Below are positions 8,921 through 18,617 of a stretch of DNA of 32,000 nt, piece by piece (the first letter of the stretch is position 1; every line of letters begins with the position of its first letter). Both the position numbers and the translations under genes were made by a program. The DNA is from Candidatus Saccharimonadota bacterium (GTDB lineage: Bacteria > Patescibacteriota > Gracilibacteria > UBA1369 > 2-02-FULL-48-14). Below the pieces are notes generated by a model. The model was given only the letters and a program-made list of their open reading frames with translations. It was not told the DNA's origin and did not search any database. The stretch lies in contig JBAZVE010000001.1 in assembly GCA_041661045.1 (NCBI GenBank), forward strand, positions 630,001 to 662,000, given 5' to 3'.

Positions 8921-9568
8921 TTATTTTGAAGAGGGAGAGGGGTTGAAAACCATTCCTTTGTTGATCCAAACCTTTACGCCTATTTTTCCATAGGTTGTTT
9001 GGGCCTCAACAATGGCGAAGTCAATATCAGCTCGGAAGGTGTGCAAAGGGATTTGTCCTTCGGCGTAGAACTCTGTTCGAGCGATTTCTACTCCGTTGAG
9101 ACGGCCACTCATACGAATCTTAATTCCTTTAGCACCCGCATCCATTGCCTTTTTGATCGACATTTTGGCTGCACGGCGGTAAGAAACACGGCGTTCAATT
9201 TGCATTGCGATGTTTTCTCCCACCAAGAAGGCGTCAAGCTCAGGTTTTTTAATCTCTTTAATGTTGATGGTGAACTTGTGTCCAAACGCTTTTTCAAGGT
9301 CTGCCTTCAATCCTTCCACGCTTGCCCCTTGTCTTCCGATGATCACTCCCGGTTTAGCGGAGTGAACGCTCAGAGTGATGTCCTTGGCATTTCGAGCCAA
9401 TTCGATTCTTGATACTCCGGAATCTGTTAACTTCTTTCGAACAAATTCTCGAATTTTCAACTCTTCTCCAAGGATTTTTCCATAGTTCTTGGGGCTGGAA
9501 TACCAGCTAGAATCCCAAGTGCGGATGATTCCTGTTCGAAGCCCAACTGGATTTACTTTACTTCCCAT
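8921..9568 (-). CDS. rpsC: 30S ribosomal protein S3
   Basis: 215 aa starting MGSKVNPVGLRTGI, with a KH domain and GRLNGVEIAR. Confidence 0.97.
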   Translation of the reverse strand: MGSKVNPVGLRTGIIRTWDSSWYSSPKNYGKILGEELKIREFVRKKLTDSGVSRIELARNAKDITLSVHSAKPGVIIGRQGASVEGLKADLEKAFGHKFTINIKEIKKPELDAFLVGENIAMQIERRVSYRRAAKMSIKKAMDAGAKGIKIRMSGRLNGVEIARTEFYAEGQIPLHTFRADIDFAIVEAQTTYGKIGVKVWINKGMVFNPSPSSK

Positions 9569-9572
9569 GCTG

Positions 9573-9968
9573 TTATTGATTAGCTCCGTTGTCCGGAGTG
9601 GGGTTAGAAGGTTTTGCCTTTGTTTTCTTTGCGGGTTTTGCGACTCGTGTGTCTACTGTTACTCGGATTTGTGCGGTTCTTTTGAGAATAGGGTGTTGTC
9701 GTCCACGAGACACAGGTACTCCTCGTTTGTAGGTTGGTCCTTTGGTAACCACGATCTCTTTGATGTACAGAGTGGATCGGTTCTGCTTAAGGTTGTGTTC
9801 TGCGTTTGAAGCTGCAGATTCGATAGCCTTGTAAAGCAGTTTAGCCGCTTTCTTTGGAGTGAATCGCAATTGATTGAGTGCATCTTCAACCGCTGCTCCT
9901 CTCACGATTCCTGCAACGAGGTTCGCTTTCTTAGGGGAGATCCGAGTGTTTTTGAGTAAAGCTTTCAT
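9573..9968 (-). CDS. rplV: 50S ribosomal protein L22 with a basic C-terminal tail
   Basis: 131 aa with ISPKKANLVAGIVRG and the uL22 core. The tail reads AKPAKKTKAKPSNP. Confidence 0.93.
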   Translation of the reverse strand: MKALLKNTRISPKKANLVAGIVRGAAVEDALNQLRFTPKKAAKLLYKAIESAASNAEHNLKQNRSTLYIKEIVVTKGPTYKRGVPVSRGRQHPILKRTAQIRVTVDTRVAKPAKKTKAKPSNPTPDNGANQ

Positions 9969-9970
9969 AA

Positions 9971-10252
9971 TTAAGCGGTTGCGGTTGTTTCTTTAGATTT
10001 AACGGGGTGTCCACGGAACTTACGAGTGAAGGCAAATTCTCCGAGATGGTGGCCAACCATGGCTTCCGTAACGAAGACGGGGACATGATCTTTACCATTG
10101 TGAACCGCGAAGGTGAAACCTACGAATTCAGGAGCAATTTGGCTGCGACGAGACCAAGTCTTGATCACTTTCTTGCTGTTTGGATCCATGTTGAGTACCT
10201 TCTTTAGAAGTTTCTCATCAACGAATGGACCTTTGTAACTACTTCGAGCCAT
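9971..10252 (-). CDS. rpsS: 30S ribosomal protein S19
   Basis: The start is the internal ATG at 10250-10252 ([12 protein letters not shown], 93 aa), 4 nt after the rplB stop. The track ORF is extended upstream into rplB. Confidence 0.95.
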   Translation of the reverse strand: MARSSYKGPFVDEKLLKKVLNMDPNSKKVIKTWSRRSQIAPEFVGFTFAVHNGKDHVPVFVTEAMVGHHLGEFAFTRKFRGHPVKSKETTATA

Positions 10253-10256
10253 AATA

Positions 10257-11117
10257 CTATTTATTATTAAGTTCAGCGAGCATTTTGCCCCTTCGAGTCT
10301 TAACAATCCAGCGGTTTGAAGGATTCTTACGACGACGGGTTTTTACACCAAGGGCATGTAGACCCCAAGGAGTCTTAGGATACTTAAGTCCAATAGGACA
10401 GTTTCCTTCTCCTCCTCCATGTGGGTGATCATTTGGGTTCATGGCTTTACCACGAACTTCAGGCCTTTGTCCCTTGTGACGATTTCGTCCAGCTTTACCA
10501 ATGGTGACATTGGAGTGATCGGCGTTGGAAACGCGACCGATGCTGGCGAAACATTCCTTGTGGACAAAACGCACTTCTCCAGAGGGGAGCTGCACTTGGG
10601 CATACTCACCATCCAGGGAAACAAGTTTTGCAGCGGACCCGGCCGTTTTGGCCAATTGTCCCTTTCCACTGAGTTCGATCTGAACATTGTGGATTTCGAA
10701 TCCAACAGGGATGTTTTGAAGTTCCATTCGATTTCCGGCACGAGCCTTGGTCTTCTTTGCAGTCATAAAGTGGTCTCCCACCTTGATTCCCTCGGGAGCC
10801 AAGTGGTAGCGGTACTCACCATCTCTATAAAGAGCCAGCATGATGAAAGCACTACGATTGGGATCGTACTCCACGGTTTTTACCGTAGCTTCAATATTCA
10901 TCTTGTCGGTTTGCTTGAAATCTACAATACGCAAGTGAGTCTTATTTCCGGCTCCACGGTGTCGCACGGTGATCACTCCTCGGCTATTTCGCCCAGCATT
11001 TTCTTTTCGGCTCACGAGCAATCCCTTGAAAGGGGTACTGGTGGTCAACTCCTCATAAGTGAGTACGCTCATGTTTCGTTGTCCGTTCGTCGTGTTTTTA
11101 ATCTTTCGGATTGGCAT
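10257..11117 (-). CDS. rplB: 50S ribosomal protein L2
   Basis: 286 aa with [16 protein letters not shown] and [13 protein letters not shown]. Confidence 0.97.
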   Translation of the reverse strand: MPIRKIKNTTNGQRNMSVLTYEELTTSTPFKGLLVSRKENAGRNSRGVITVRHRGAGNKTHLRIVDFKQTDKMNIEATVKTVEYDPNRSAFIMLALYRDGEYRYHLAPEGIKVGDHFMTAKKTKARAGNRMELQNIPVGFEIHNVQIELSGKGQLAKTAGSAAKLVSLDGEYAQVQLPSGEVRFVHKECFASIGRVSNADHSNVTIGKAGRNRHKGQRPEVRGKAMNPNDHPHGGGEGNCPIGLKYPKTPWGLHALGVKTRRRKNPSNRWIVKTRRGKMLAELNNK

Positions 11118-11140
11118 AAAAGTTTGGTTGAGGGTGGGGC

Positions 11141-11476
11141 TTAAGCAGCCGCGGCCACCTTCTTAGTAGATTTTTTAGTTGAAGTTGTACTGTGCTTGCT
11201 GATCTCCAGCTTTTCTCCTGCCTTGAGAGTGATGATCGCCCTTTTTACGGACGCTCGTTTCTCCATAGGCTTGCGACTCTTTCCCATTCGGTACTTTGGG
11301 AGACCGTGGAGGATGTTCACCTTTTCCACTTGGACACCGTAGAGGGTGCGAAGGGCGTTCTTGATGTCCACTTTGGTGGCGTCATCGTGAACCATGAAGG
11401 TGTACTTTCCGGCAGTCTCCTGATGAGTACTTTTTTCAGTGAGAACGGGTCTGATGAGAGTTTGAGAGAGATTCAT
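11141..11476 (-). CDS. rplW: 50S ribosomal protein L23 with a Lys-rich tail
   Basis: 111 aa with LIRPVLTEKS...YTFMVHDDATKVDIKNAL, in the canonical position. Confidence 0.9.
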   Translation of the reverse strand: MNLSQTLIRPVLTEKSTHQETAGKYTFMVHDDATKVDIKNALRTLYGVQVEKVNILHGLPKYRMGKSRKPMEKRASVKRAIITLKAGEKLEISKHSTTSTKKSTKKVAAAA

Positions 11477-11487
11477 AAGGTTTTAGA

Positions 11488-12114
11488 CTAGGCTTTGTAA
11501 GTTCCTTCGATATCCTTGAGCGCAGCTTCTGTGAAGAGGACTGCATCGTAGGTGAGGAGATCCTGCGGATTGAGATAATTGCTCATGATCACTTTAGCTT
11601 TATCCACATTCTGAGAAGAACTTTTGAGGACTTTTTCTTCTCGGTTCCCAACCACGAGAATGTCGCGTTTGAGGTCCAGCTTTTCAAGGAAGTTTGCGAA
11701 TACCTTTGTCTTTGGAGCTTCGAGTTCGAACTTATCCAGTGCGAAGATTTTTCCATCCTTTGCCTTCATGCTGAGGATTTGGAATAAAGCTCGGTTTCTC
11801 TGCTTCTTTGGCATCATGATGGCAAAGTTTTGCCATTTCTTAGGTCCGAAGGCACGACCTCCACCCTTCATATGAGGGTTTCTGGTAGAACCTTGTCGAG
11901 CCCGTCCCGTGTGCTTTTGTGCGAAGGGCTTTTTACCCCCTCCGGACACATCGGACTTGTTGAGCACATGAGCGATAGGCTTTCGAGCACTCTTCTGTTG
12001 ATAGACAAGATAGTTGTGCACAATCCCTTCTCCACCTTCTACTTCGAAGATGTTCTTTGGGAGGGAGACTTCTCCCTTCTTTTCACCGGCTTGATTGTAT
12101 AATGGTGCTTTCAT
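11488..12114 (-). CDS. rplD: 50S ribosomal protein L4
   Basis: 208 aa with the uL4 loop SGGGKKPFAQKHTGRARQGSTRNPHMKGGGRAFGP. Confidence 0.93.
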   Translation of the reverse strand: MKAPLYNQAGEKKGEVSLPKNIFEVEGGEGIVHNYLVYQQKSARKPIAHVLNKSDVSGGGKKPFAQKHTGRARQGSTRNPHMKGGGRAFGPKKWQNFAIMMPKKQRNRALFQILSMKAKDGKIFALDKFELEAPKTKVFANFLEKLDLKRDILVVGNREEKVLKSSSQNVDKAKVIMSNYLNPQDLLTYDAVLFTEAALKDIEGTYKA

Positions 12115-12126
12115 ATTTTATGAGTA

Positions 12127-12702
12127 CTATCGTCTGATGATTACAAGTGAGCCATTTGATCCGGCAACTTGACCCTTAAGGCCGATCAAATTCTTTGCAA
12201 TGTCTACGAATACAATTTCTTTCATCTCAGTGATTCGGTCGCTTCCCATGTGTCCGGCCATTCTCTTCCCTTTATGTACTTTACCGGGACGGGCACGGGC
12301 ACCAATGGATCCAGGTTCTCGCTTGAAGTGAGAACCGTGAGTTCGGCGACCTCCTCGGAAGTGATGTCGTTTAACCACTCCTTGGAAACCCTTACCTTTG
12401 GAAGTACCGGTGACCTTGGTCATCGCTCCGATCTCGAATCCTTCCAAGTTCACTTCATCCCCAATTTTTAAAGGATCGGTCTCTTCGATACGGAATTCTC
12501 TTACCGTTTTGAATTTTCGGTTCTTAGTCGGTTTCTTCAACGCATCGAACCCAAGCACTACCGCCGGATATCCATCTTTTTCTACGGTTTTCACTTGTAC
12601 CACCGTGTTGGGCTGGCACTCGATTACCGTGAGAGGGATCACGCGACCGTCGTCTTGAATGAGACGAGTCATACCGATTTTTTTTCCTAGAATTCCTGAC
12701 AT
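12127..12702 (-). CDS. rplC: 50S ribosomal protein L3
   Basis: 191 aa with GILGKKIGMTR and GTSKGKGFQGVVKRHHF. Confidence 0.95.
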   Translation of the reverse strand: MSGILGKKIGMTRLIQDDGRVIPLTVIECQPNTVVQVKTVEKDGYPAVVLGFDALKKPTKNRKFKTVREFRIEETDPLKIGDEVNLEGFEIGAMTKVTGTSKGKGFQGVVKRHHFRGGRRTHGSHFKREPGSIGARARPGKVHKGKRMAGHMGSDRITEMKEIVFVDIAKNLIGLKGQVAGSNGSLVIIRR

Positions 12703-12820
12703 AGTTTAGAGCTTAGTGGCTGCTGAGCGAATGCTCAGTGCTGGAGGGCGATTGGTCTTTGAGTCCACTAGGGAGCCTTTCGCGCTGTTCCAAGATATAT
12801 TCTGACTTAAGTGCCCGAAG

Positions 12821-12849
12821 ATACTAATGATGCTTTAACGCAGAGTCAA
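12821..12849 (-). promoter_or_regulatory. Candidate internal promoter between rpsJ and rplC
   Basis: The minus strand reads TTGACT-17 nt-TAGTAT, starting 15 nt after the rpsJ stop. Confidence 0.4.
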
Positions 12850-12863
12850 GGCATTTTTTTCGA

Positions 12864-13256
12864 TTAATCCTTTTTAGCTTTCTTAGCAGAAGACTTCTTG
12901 GATTTTTTCTTATCATCCTCTTCTCCGGATCCGCTTTCTTTCTCCATAATCATCTTGATTTCGATGTCCACTCCGGAGGGAAGAGACAAGTTGGACAATT
13001 CTTCGATGGTGGCAGAAGTGGTCTCGGTGAGGTCCACCAAGCGTTTGTGTGTGCGCATTTCGTACTGTTCACGAGAATTTTTGTGGACGAAAGTGGACTT
13101 ATTTACCGTGAAACGGTCGATGTTAGTGGGTAGAGGGATGGGTCCCATAACGATAGCACCCGTTTTTTCCGCGGTTTCGATGATCATGCGAGCGGCATCG
13201 TCGATGACCTTGTGGTCAAAGGACTTGATTTTGATACGAATTTTTTGCTTAGCCAT
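12864..13256 (-). CDS. rpsJ: 30S ribosomal protein S10 with a roughly 27-aa acidic-then-Lys-rich tail
   Basis: 130 aa with the uS10 core IRIKIKSFDHKVID...GPIPLPT...FTVNKSTFVHKNSREQYEMRTHKRL. The tail reads ...EEDDKKKSKKSSAKKAKKD. Confidence 0.95.
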   Translation of the reverse strand: MAKQKIRIKIKSFDHKVIDDAARMIIETAEKTGAIVMGPIPLPTNIDRFTVNKSTFVHKNSREQYEMRTHKRLVDLTETTSATIEELSNLSLPSGVDIEIKMIMEKESGSGEEDDKKKSKKSSAKKAKKD

Positions 13257-13447
13257 AGAGGAGAGAATTAACTCGGCTTCGCCGAGGAGGGGATAAAAAA
13301 ATACCGAACTTTTTACAGCTCGGTTCTAAACACCATCTGGTGTTGAAAGTTGAAACGAGGTGTCCCGTCCGAGGACGAGGGTGACTCTAAAACCAGAATC
13401 ACACATTTTGTAGTGACCTTTTAACGGAAAGTGGGGCTTTGTGTCAA
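13257..13447 (-). promoter_or_regulatory. Structured rpsJ leader with a possible promoter, hairpins, a 26-codon uORF, a terminator and a GCGAAGC mini-hairpin
   Basis: TTGACA lies at 13442-13447 with a weak -10 (TAAAAG, 18-nt spacer). Hairpins occur at about 13360-13378 and 13331-13345. The terminator is at 13294-13324 and CTCGGC-GAA-GCCGAG at 13272-13286. Confidence 0.4.
13294..13324 (-). terminator. Intrinsic terminator or attenuator about 38 nt upstream of the rpsJ start
   Basis: The minus strand reads ACCGAGCT-GTAAAA-AGTTCGGT (8-bp stem with one G-U pair) followed by A-TTTTTTT. Confidence 0.6.
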
Positions 13448-13458
13448 TGTTAAATTGC

Positions 13459-14238
13459 TTACAAGAGTGAGTCGCTTGCCACTTCTAGATCTCCCAGTTC
13501 CGCTTCAAGTTCCAAAAGTTCCGCTATCTTTGAGTGTATCTGCGTATGTTCTTGTGTTTTATTGGCTAAAACCGCTTTGGCCTCTTTTAATAAAGAGCCC
13601 ATCTCAGTGAGGTCTTTATTCAGTTGTACGGATTTGCTATAGAGCTCATTACTCCATTTATTGATATTCCTCAGCTCCTTAAGGCTTGAAAGCGTTGCGT
13701 TCAGGGCATGTTTTACCTCTTTAGTCCGTGCTTCCAGTTCTTGGACTGTTGTGGAAAGTCTTGAAAGCTCTTCATCTTTTAGGTCTCCATATTTTTCTTC
13801 CCAACCCTCTGCTTTAATTTTCTCGATGGATTCGCGCAATTTCTTGATTTTTCCATCAGCCTCTACAGGAAGAATAGGCTCTTTTTTTTGAGGAGAGGGC
13901 TCAGGCTTAAATGTGCGTTGAGCTTCTTGGAGTGAGTCCTTGAGCGCTGTTCTAACTTGATTTTTCCCTCTTGACCGGTGTCCAGCTGTTCTTTCTATTT
14001 GTTGAGTTGCTTCAGTTACTGCTCGTTGTACTTTTTTGCATAATTCACGATGTTCGCTTGGTGTTAAGGACTCCGAAGGATTTCCGATTGCGTTCTCTAT
14101 GTATCTTTTTAGAGTGTTGACGATGCTTTGAATGGAGGGCTTATCTTTTGCATGTATATCGTTTGCATTACTAATGTGCTGACCCACTTTTTGAGCAGCT
14201 TGGTTTAAATGGGAGAGGAGTTCTTTTTTATCTGGCAC
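13459..14238 (-). CDS. Hypothetical 259-aa protein, predicted all-helical or coiled-coil, with no TM segment or signal peptide
   Basis: A long ORF with a GTG start (14236-14238) and no in-frame ATG near the N-terminus. The C-terminal half is heptad-like and Glu/Lys/Leu-rich. It lies 21 nt downstream of the mini-protein gene. No family recognised. Confidence 0.6.
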   Translation of the reverse strand: MPDKKELLSHLNQAAQKVGQHISNANDIHAKDKPSIQSIVNTLKRYIENAIGNPSESLTPSEHRELCKKVQRAVTEATQQIERTAGHRSRGKNQVRTALKDSLQEAQRTFKPEPSPQKKEPILPVEADGKIKKLRESIEKIKAEGWEEKYGDLKDEELSRLSTTVQELEARTKEVKHALNATLSSLKELRNINKWSNELYSKSVQLNKDLTEMGSLLKEAKAVLANKTQEHTQIHSKIAELLELEAELGDLEVASDSLL

Positions 14239-14259
14239 GGGATTCTTTGGGATTAGTTT

Positions 14260-14463
14260 TTAAAACTTCATTGCGGAGCTGAAGATTTTTCGAAGGAGGA
14301 GGAGGGTTGGACTCTCGTCTTCTGTGGTTTCAGAGATAGGGGTTTCTTCACTTAAGATGATTTCACTGGCGCGCTGGAAGAACTCAAATTTTTGGTTTAG
14401 TGCGGAGATGCTGAGCGTTAAGCCTAACAACGAGAGCACGAGAGCCAGTTTCCATTTGGACAT
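14260..14463 (-). CDS. Hypothetical 67-aa protein with an N-terminal signal peptide or TM anchor
   Basis: ATG start. MSKWKLALVLSLLGLTLSISALN is a signal-like hydrophobic region with a possible SISA cleavage site, followed by an acidic stretch ETPISETTEDES. A consensus-like promoter lies just upstream. Confidence 0.5.
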   Translation of the reverse strand: MSKWKLALVLSLLGLTLSISALNQKFEFFQRASEIILSEETPISETTEDESPTLLLLRKIFSSAMKF

Positions 14464-14486
14464 AGTATTTTTTTAAGATTCTCTTA

Positions 14487-14515
14487 ATTATACAATAAAA
14501 ACGCCAAACTAGCAA
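14487..14515 (-). promoter_or_regulatory. Sigma70-type promoter for the mini-protein and helical-protein cassette
   Basis: The minus strand reads TTGCTA-17 nt-TATAAT. The -10 ends about 23 nt before the ATG at 14463, just downstream of the tuf terminator. Confidence 0.55.
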
Positions 14516-14551
14516 TAGCTCTGAGGGCCGTTCACCTTTGGGGTGGGAACT

Positions 14552-14576
14552 AAAAAGCCCCACATTGCTGCAGGGC
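14552..14576 (-). terminator. Intrinsic terminator after tuf
   Basis: The minus strand reads GCCCUGCA-GCAA-UGUGGGGC (8-bp stem with two G-U pairs and a GNRA loop) followed by UUUUU. It lies 30 nt after the tuf stop. Confidence 0.65.
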
Positions 14577-14606
14577 TTTTTGAAGTTTTAACTTGTTCGG
14601 TGAGTG

Positions 14607-15797
<1,191 letters not shown>

Positions 15798-15842
15798 ATC
15801 GTTATGGTGATAAAAAAATAAATGGCTATTTGAAGCGAGGGC

Positions 15843-15871
15843 ATTGTAGTTGAAGCCTCAGGCTAACGCAA
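15843..15871 (-). promoter_or_regulatory. Candidate promoter for tuf
   Basis: The minus strand reads TTGCGT-17 nt-TACAAT within the 83-nt fusA-tuf spacer. Confidence 0.5.
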
Positions 15872-15880
15872 GCGATTTTC

Positions 15881-17968
15881 TCAGGCTTTCACTCCACGGT
15901 CTGCCTTGATCTTGGCGGCTACATTGGAAGGCACTTCATTGTAGTGACTGAATTCCATCGCGTAGCTTCCGCGACCTTGAGTCATGGAGCGAAGGTCGGT
16001 TGCGTATCCGAACATCTCGGAGAGAGGAACGGTGCAACGAATCACTTTGGCCATACCACGGTTGGTGCTTTCAATAATTTGTCCACGACGAGAAGAAATG
16101 TTTCCCATAACGTCTCCAAAGTAATCTTCAGCTACGGTCACTTCCACTTTCATGATGGGTTCAAGGAGAACCGGGCTAGCGGCATTACATCCTTTCTTGA
16201 AAGCCATAGAACCCGCGAGCTTGAACGCCATTTCGGAGGAGTCCACATCGTGGTAAGAACCATCGGTGAGTTCCACCTTAACATCCACCACAGGGTAACC
16301 GGCCACCACTCCACGAGTGAGAGCTTCTTTAACCCCCTTATCAACGGCAGGGATGAACTCTCTTGGAATCCTTCCTCCAACAACGGAGTTGATGAATTCA
16401 TATCCTTTTCCGGGTTCGTTTGGACCCACGGTCATGATCACATGGCCGTATTGTCCACGACCTCCGGTTTGTTTGGAGTATTTCTCTTCACATTCCACTT
16501 CCTTCTTGATGGTTTCACGGTAGGCAACTTGAGGAGCTCCGACATTGGCCTCCACTTTGAATTCGCGTTTCATACGATCCACGATGATGTCCAAGTGCAA
16601 TTCTCCCATTCCGGCGATCAAGGTTTGTCCGGTTTCTTCCGCGGTTGAAACACGGAAAGTAGGATCTTCTTCGGAGAGTTTTTGAAGCGCCATACCCATT
16701 TTTTCTTGATCGGCTTTGGTCTTTGGTTCGATGGCAATTTGAATCACCGGTTCAGGGAAGCTCATGGATTCGAGCGTGATTGGGTGATCGGGATCGGTGA
16801 GGGTGTTTCCGGTGAAAGTATTTTTGAGACCAATTGCAGCAGCAATGTCTCCGGCATGAACCGTTTTGATTTCTTCACGAGTGTTGGCATGCATACGAAC
16901 AAGTCGTCCGATGCGTTCTTTTTCTCCGGTTGCGGTGTTGAGTACATAAGAACCCGCATCCAGCTTTCCGGAATAAACACGGAAGAAACAGAGTTTTCCT
17001 ACAAATGGATCGGTTGCAATTTTGAAGGCGAGGGCGGCAAAAGGTTGATCGTCGTCCAGGGTGCGAACCTCTTCCGCATCGGTGTCCGGGTTGATTCCTT
17101 TGATGGAACCCACATCCATAGGAGAGGGGAGATAATCCCGAACTCCATCAATAACGAGTTGCACTCCCATGTCGCGAAGAGCGGATCCACAGAATACCGG
17201 GTAAATTTTTCCGGCAACGGTTCCTTTTCGGATTCCGCGTTTGATCTCTTCAACAGTGAGTTCTTGCCCTTCGAGGTATTTGTTCATGAGGTCGTCTTCT
17301 TGCTCAGCTGCAACCTCAACCATCTTTGCACGGTACTCTTCCACTTGTGCGGTCATGTCTTCCGGAATAGGGATTTCTACTTGAACCTCTCCATGTTTTC
17401 CTTCGAACTTGTAGGCCTTTCGTTCCACGAGATCGATGATTCCCGTGAAGGAAGAATCCTGTCCAATGGGAAGTTGAATGGCGAAGGCGGTCTTGGAAAG
17501 ACGATCCCAAATGGATTTGATGGACATAAAGAAGTCCGCTCCGATTTTGTCCATCTTGTTGATGAATGCGATTCGAGGTACATCGTATTTGTCCGCCTGG
17601 CGCCACACGGTTTCAGACTGAGGTTCCACTCCTTGAGATCCATCGAATACAGCAACGGCTCCGTCGAGCACACGCATGGATCGTTCCACTTCTACAGTGA
17701 AATCCACATGGCCGGGGGTGTCGATGATGTTGATTTTGATATCCTTCCAGTAACAAGTTGTTGCGGCCGCCGTGATGGTGATTCCGCGTTCTTGTTCTTG
17801 TGCCATCCAGTCCATGGTGGCCTCTCCTTCATGAACTTCACCAATTTTGTGGCTTCGTCCAGTGTAAAACAAAATGCGTTCGGTGGTGGTTGTTTTGCCC
17901 GCATCGATGTGTGCGCAAATTCCAATGTTACGGAGGTGAGCTAGATCGGTCTGGATAGGTTCTGCCAT
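15881..17968 (-). CDS. fusA: Elongation factor G
   Basis: 695 aa with [20 protein letters not shown] and NKMD. Confidence 0.98.
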   Translation of the reverse strand: MAEPIQTDLAHLRNIGICAHIDAGKTTTTERILFYTGRSHKIGEVHEGEATMDWMAQEQERGITITAAATTCYWKDIKINIIDTPGHVDFTVEVERSMRVLDGAVAVFDGSQGVEPQSETVWRQADKYDVPRIAFINKMDKIGADFFMSIKSIWDRLSKTAFAIQLPIGQDSSFTGIIDLVERKAYKFEGKHGEVQVEIPIPEDMTAQVEEYRAKMVEVAAEQEDDLMNKYLEGQELTVEEIKRGIRKGTVAGKIYPVFCGSALRDMGVQLVIDGVRDYLPSPMDVGSIKGINPDTDAEEVRTLDDDQPFAALAFKIATDPFVGKLCFFRVYSGKLDAGSYVLNTATGEKERIGRLVRMHANTREEIKTVHAGDIAAAIGLKNTFTGNTLTDPDHPITLESMSFPEPVIQIAIEPKTKADQEKMGMALQKLSEEDPTFRVSTAEETGQTLIAGMGELHLDIIVDRMKREFKVEANVGAPQVAYRETIKKEVECEEKYSKQTGGRGQYGHVIMTVGPNEPGKGYEFINSVVGGRIPREFIPAVDKGVKEALTRGVVAGYPVVDVKVELTDGSYHDVDSSEMAFKLAGSMAFKKGCNAASPVLLEPIMKVEVTVAEDYFGDVMGNISSRRGQIIESTNRGMAKVIRCTVPLSEMFGYATDLRSMTQGRGSYAMEFSHYNEVPSNVAAKIKADRGVKA

Positions 17969-17998
17969 AAAAACGATTAAATTTAAAAAAGCCCTGGC

Positions 17999-18026
17999 AT
18001 TATAGGGAAGCCAATACAGAAGTCAA
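17999..18026 (-). promoter_or_regulatory. Candidate promoter for fusA
   Basis: The minus strand reads TTGACT-16 nt-TATAAT. The -10 ends 30 nt before the fusA ATG. Confidence 0.55.
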
Positions 18027-18040
18027 CGGGAAGGCCTTTG

Positions 18041-18550
18041 TTACTGTGTCACAAAGCTTTCCAAGGTATCCACGAGATCGTTGTTGGCCTCTATAAAGGT
18101 GGTGTAATGCGTGTGCAGGGTTTCGTCCAAGGTTTCTACTTTGGTGAGGTCTTCTTTATAATCGCCATCGCGGTAGTAGGTGAGCATGGCATCGTAAGTT
18201 TCCAAGTAGAGTTCGGCGGCGCTGCGGTAAGTCCCCAGCTCGGTGCGAACGGCATTTTGTTGTTCGATGTTGCGAGACTCCAAGTTCAACAGATCGGCAC
18301 TATTTTCAAAAAGTTTTTGAGCATTTTTGAAGCTGTCTTCCATTTCGTTGATATCTATTTCATGTTCTTCGGTGATGACACCGGGGAGTGTTTGATTGTA
18401 GAGTTCTGTGGTCTCCTCCAAAGCCAGGGAGCTTTGGTTCATTCCTTCTACAATGAGATTGTTGTATTCCACTTCACTGTATTTTCCAAACAAGGAACAG
18501 CCGAGTAGAAAGACGCTTGAGAATAAGAGGGCGGATATGGGGCTTTTCAT
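18041..18550 (-). CDS. Hypothetical lipoprotein, 169 aa, helical and acidic
   Basis: The start is the internal ATG at 18548-18550, giving MKSPISALLFSSVFLLGCS with lipobox LLGC. The longer track ORF would overlap rpsG and run across a terminator hairpin. Confidence 0.65.
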   Translation of the reverse strand: MKSPISALLFSSVFLLGCSLFGKYSEVEYNNLIVEGMNQSSLALEETTELYNQTLPGVITEEHEIDINEMEDSFKNAQKLFENSADLLNLESRNIEQQNAVRTELGTYRSAAELYLETYDAMLTYYRDGDYKEDLTKVETLDETLHTHYTTFIEANNDLVDTLESFVTQ

Positions 18551-18562
18551 AGGTGGTGGATA

Positions 18563-18594
18563 TAAAAAAAGCCCTCTGATTTTAGCAGGGGGCT
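18563..18594 (-). terminator. Intrinsic terminator after rpsG
   Basis: The minus strand reads AGCCCCCTG-CTAAAAT-CAGAGGGCT (8 of 9 bp paired) followed by TTTTTTT. It lies 23 nt after the rpsG stop and ends 13 nt before the lipoprotein ATG. Confidence 0.6.
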
Positions 18595-18617
18595 TTGAGT
18601 TTGAACAGGTTCGTTGA

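Noticed and set aside
10419-11144. A 241-aa plus-strand ORF antisense to rplB; similar cases are 3218-3964 opposite secY and 27686-28330 opposite rpoB
   Set aside because: These are register-locked antisense ORFs opposite highly conserved genes, with no independent signals.
16682-17944. A 420-aa plus-strand ORF (and 15944-16648) antisense to fusA
   Set aside because: This is the same register-locked antisense artefact, and the sense strand is a textbook EF-G.
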